Made by a program: the position numbers and the translations under genes. Source: an uncultured Deinococcaceae bacterium (GTDB lineage: Bacteria > Deinococcota > Deinococci > Deinococcales > Deinococcaceae). From it: a stretch of 10,477 nucleotides of DNA. The DNA is taken from NCBI GenBank assembly GCA_964252075.1, contig CAXULY010000082.1:1-10477 (forward strand), in the 5' to 3' direction. The notes under the pieces were generated by a model. The model did not search any database, had not been told where the DNA came from, and worked only from the letters and a program-made list of their open reading frames with translations. Within the stretch, counting starts at the first letter, position 1; each line of letters begins with the position of its first letter. Shown one piece after another: positions 8,299 through 10,477 of this stretch.

Positions 8299-8304
8299 TA
8301 CGCT
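8299..8304 (+). promoter_or_regulatory. Candidate -10 element (TACGCT, TAnnnT type)
   Basis: TAnnnT hexamer immediately after the third dyad box. No consensus -35, so the call is weak. Confidence 0.25.
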
Positions 8305-8661
8305 CCTCATCCTGTATGTGACGACGCGAACGCATTCCATGAAGCCGATAGGTGCATCGTTTAGCCCACCCAATCGGCTGGACCAGACGCACCATCCCGC
8401 ACCGATGGGGATGATGCCCCTCCTTCCTGCCGGACCTTAACCCGGCAACCAGCCCTTTGGGTCATCGGATTCGCCGTGACCTGAACCACCCCCCGCCACG
8501 CACGTCGTGGTTTGAGCCCACTTGTGCCCCCACCGCCTGGTGAGACATCGCGTCGGGGAGTGAGGAGAGGAGAGCCGCCCGGGGTACCCCACCTGCCGCC
8601 GGTGCGTTTATCGGGACGGACCATTCAGCCCATCACCCCGACCACGAACCCAGGAGGTTCC

Positions 8662-10221
8662 ATGCGCACGACCCCAACGCCCCGCTGGAAGCAGTCCCTG
8701 ATCACCCTCGCACTCGTCGCCGCGGCCGCCCCTCTGGCACACGCCCAGGACCTCACGGCCGCCAAAGTCAACGCCGCCCTCACCCAGCTGGACGCCCTCA
8801 TCCCCAGCGTCCTGCAGAAGTCCGGCGTGCCGGGCGTGGCCGTCGTGGTGGTGTACAACGACCAGATCGTGTACCTCAAGGGCTTCGGCGTGCGCGAGGC
8901 CGGCAAGCCGGACGCCGTCGACCCGGACACCGTCTTCCAGCTCGCCTCAATGTCCAAACCCATCGCGTCAACGGTGGTGGCGTCCCTCGTGAGCGACGGC
9001 ACCGTGCGCTGGAACGACACGGCCAGCAGCCACATGCCGCAGTTCCAGCTGATGGACCCGTGGGTCACGCGCGAGGTGACCATCGCGGACCTCTTCTCTC
9101 ACCGCAGCGGCCTGCCGGGCGGCGCGGGCGACGACCTGGAGAGCGTTGGGTTCGACCGCACCGAGATCCTGCGCCGCCTGCGCTTCCTGACCCCCGCCAG
9201 CAGCCTGCGCTCGGCGTACGCGTACTCGAACTTCGGCCTCACCGCGGGCGCCGAGGCCGCCGCGGAGGCCGCCGGGAAGCCGTGGGAGGACCTCGCCGCC
9301 GAGCGCCTGTACCGCCCGCTCGGCATGACCAACACCAGCTCCCGAAACGCGGACTTCGCCGCCGCCACCAACCGCGCGACCTTGCACGTGTGGGAGAACG
9401 GCCGCTGGGCGCCGAGCTTCACGCGCCAGCCGGACGCGCAATCCCCTGCGGGCGGCGTGACGTCCACCGCGCGGGACCTCGCGCAGTGGATGCGCCTCGA
9501 ACTCGGGAACGGCGAGGTGGACGGCCAGCGCCTCATCTCCGCGGACGCGCTCGCGCAGACGCACCAGCCGACCATTGCCCGCGGCCAGAACCCCGTCACC
9601 GGGGCCACCTCCTTCTACGGCCTGGGCTGGAACGTGGACATTGACTCGCAGGGCCACACCTTCTGGACGCACGCCGGGGCCTTCTCGCAGGGCGCGCAGA
9701 CCCTCGTGAACCTGATGCCGTCCGAGCACCTCGGCATCACCGTGCTGTCGAACGCCTTCCCGAGCGGCGTGCCGGACGGCCTGGCGAGCAGCTTCTACGA
9801 CTTCGCGCTGAACGGCACGCTCACGCAGGACTGGGTGGCCCTCTGGACCAAAGCCTATGACGGGCTCACCGCGAGCTTCGCGGCGGGCGGCGCCCCGTAC
9901 GCCACGACGCCCACCACGCCCCTCCCGGCCCTGCCGCTCAGCGCGTACGTCGGCACGTATACCAACGACTACTTCGGGCCGCTGGAGGTCACGCAGGAGA
10001 ACGACCACCTGGTCGTGCAGCTTGGCCCCAAGCACAAGGCGTTCACCTTGACGCACTTTGACCGCGACATCTTCACGTACCTCCCGGATCCTGAACCGCC
10101 CGCCGCGAACGCGGGCGTGATCTTCCACGTCGGGCCGGACCGGCAGGCGCAGTCGGTGGTCCTCGACAACTACAACGGGGACGGCCAGGGCACCTTCACG
10201 CGCGTTCAGCCCCCCCAGTAA
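8662..10221 (+). CDS. Secreted serine hydrolase, beta-lactamase family with C-terminal DUF3471-like domain, 519 aa
   Basis: AGGAGG RBS at 8652-8657 precedes ATG 8662. Signal peptide MRTTPTPRWKQSLITLALVAAAAPLAHA|Q. SxxK (FQLASMSK, SMSK at 8947-8958), LFSHRSGL, YxN (YSN 9223-9231), HAG (9670-9678). C-terminal LPLSAYVGTYTNDYFGPLEV resembles DUF3471. Confidence 0.92.
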   Translation: MRTTPTPRWKQSLITLALVAAAAPLAHAQDLTAAKVNAALTQLDALIPSVLQKSGVPGVAVVVVYNDQIVYLKGFGVREAGKPDAVDPDTVFQLASMSKPIASTVVASLVSDGTVRWNDTASSHMPQFQLMDPWVTREVTIADLFSHRSGLPGGAGDDLESVGFDRTEILRRLRFLTPASSLRSAYAYSNFGLTAGAEAAAEAAGKPWEDLAAERLYRPLGMTNTSSRNADFAAATNRATLHVWENGRWAPSFTRQPDAQSPAGGVTSTARDLAQWMRLELGNGEVDGQRLISADALAQTHQPTIARGQNPVTGATSFYGLGWNVDIDSQGHTFWTHAGAFSQGAQTLVNLMPSEHLGITVLSNAFPSGVPDGLASSFYDFALNGTLTQDWVALWTKAYDGLTASFAAGGAPYATTPTTPLPALPLSAYVGTYTNDYFGPLEVTQENDHLVVQLGPKHKAFTLTHFDRDIFTYLPDPEPPAANAGVIFHVGPDRQAQSVVLDNYNGDGQGTFTRVQPPQ

Positions 10222-10317
10222 CTCCGCGGTGCGCCCGCAGGATAGGCCCGCCTGGAGCGGCCCCAGTCGCCTCCACACACCGGGATCCCTCCCTCACCCC
10301 AAGCGGACGGAGTCCAC

Positions 10318-10477
10318 ATGCACGTGATTCAAACGGGCTGGCTTTCCCGTGTCGTCCTGACGCTGGCTGCGGTGGGCGTCACGCCGGTCGCGGCGACCCC
10401 GCTGCCCGCTGCAATTACCACCCAGATTGACCTGATCGTGCGGGAGGCGATGCGGGCGCAGAACTTGCCGGGCGTCG
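10318..10477 (+). CDS. Probable second secreted beta-lactamase-family serine hydrolase, N-terminal 53 codons only (3'-truncated)
   Basis: Not in the ORF track; translated by hand. GGAG RBS at 10309-10312, ATG 10318. MHVIQTGWLSRVVLTLAAVGVTPVAA is signal-like and is followed by TPLPAAITTQIDLIVREAMRAQNLPGV, matching the opening helix and PG motif of the two upstream paralogs (LDALIPSVLQKSGVPGV; RRLFQQSGVPGA). Catalytic motifs lie outside the window. Confidence 0.75.
   Translation, partial: MHVIQTGWLSRVVLTLAAVGVTPVAATPLPAAITTQIDLIVREAMRAQNLPGV

Noticed and set aside
8266..8330. Possible Deinococcus radiation/desiccation response motif half-sites (TTATG, TTACG)
   Set aside because: No matching CGTAA/CATAA right half at the 17-bp geometry.
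8439..8452. AACCCGGCAACCAG resembling part of a SAM-I riboswitch
   Set aside because: The upstream AUC..GAG..GAGGGA..GGCCC core and downstream GGUGC..AUUCC elements are absent, and the gene context is not sulfur metabolism.
8555..8600. GGAGAG and ACCTGCC segments resembling glycine or cobalamin riboswitch pieces
   Set aside because: The other conserved elements (GCCGAAGG/CUCUCAGG; GGGAA and the B12 box) are missing.
7732..8624. Small intergenic ORFs (7732-7950 +, 8052-8243 -, 8339-8440 +, 8361-8624 -)
   Set aside because: No convincing RBS, codon usage unlike the real genes, and no recognisable domain or transposase remnant. Only ribosome profiling could rescue them.
1959..8661. N-terminal extensions in the ORF track (starts 1959, 3407, 4606, 6438, 8512)
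   Set aside because: The extensions overlap upstream genes or are low-complexity. RBSs, ATGA coupling and domain boundaries support starts at 2028, 3722, 5215, 6870 and 8662.
3722..10221. Calling the SxxK proteins true beta-lactamases (ampC)
   Set aside because: They have HGG/HAG rather than KTG, extra C-terminal domains and a catabolic context. The fold alone does not imply antibiotic resistance.

Overview
High-GC bacterial DNA, with protein style suggesting Deinococcus (inferred). All credible genes are on the + strand. Positions 1-7721 form a tightly coupled operon: DppB-like permease (5'-truncated), DppC-like permease, DppA/OppA-like peptide-binding protein, a cytoplasmic beta-lactamase-family serine hydrolase, an N-acyl-D-amino-acid deacylase-like amidohydrolase with altered metal ligands, and a MurR/RpiR regulator. 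A 940-bp non-coding region (7722-8661) holds a probable terminator with competing antiterminator pairings, three helically phased TGA-N8-TCA boxes and a hairpin-rich leader. Two tandem secreted beta-lactamase-family serine hydrolases follow; the second runs off the window and is absent from the ORF track. Best hypothesis (inference): an uncharacterised system that cleaves, imports and deacylates D-amino-acid-containing or N-acylated peptides, such as cell-wall fragments or non-ribosomal peptides. No mobile elements, CRISPR, tRNA or rRNA were recognised.
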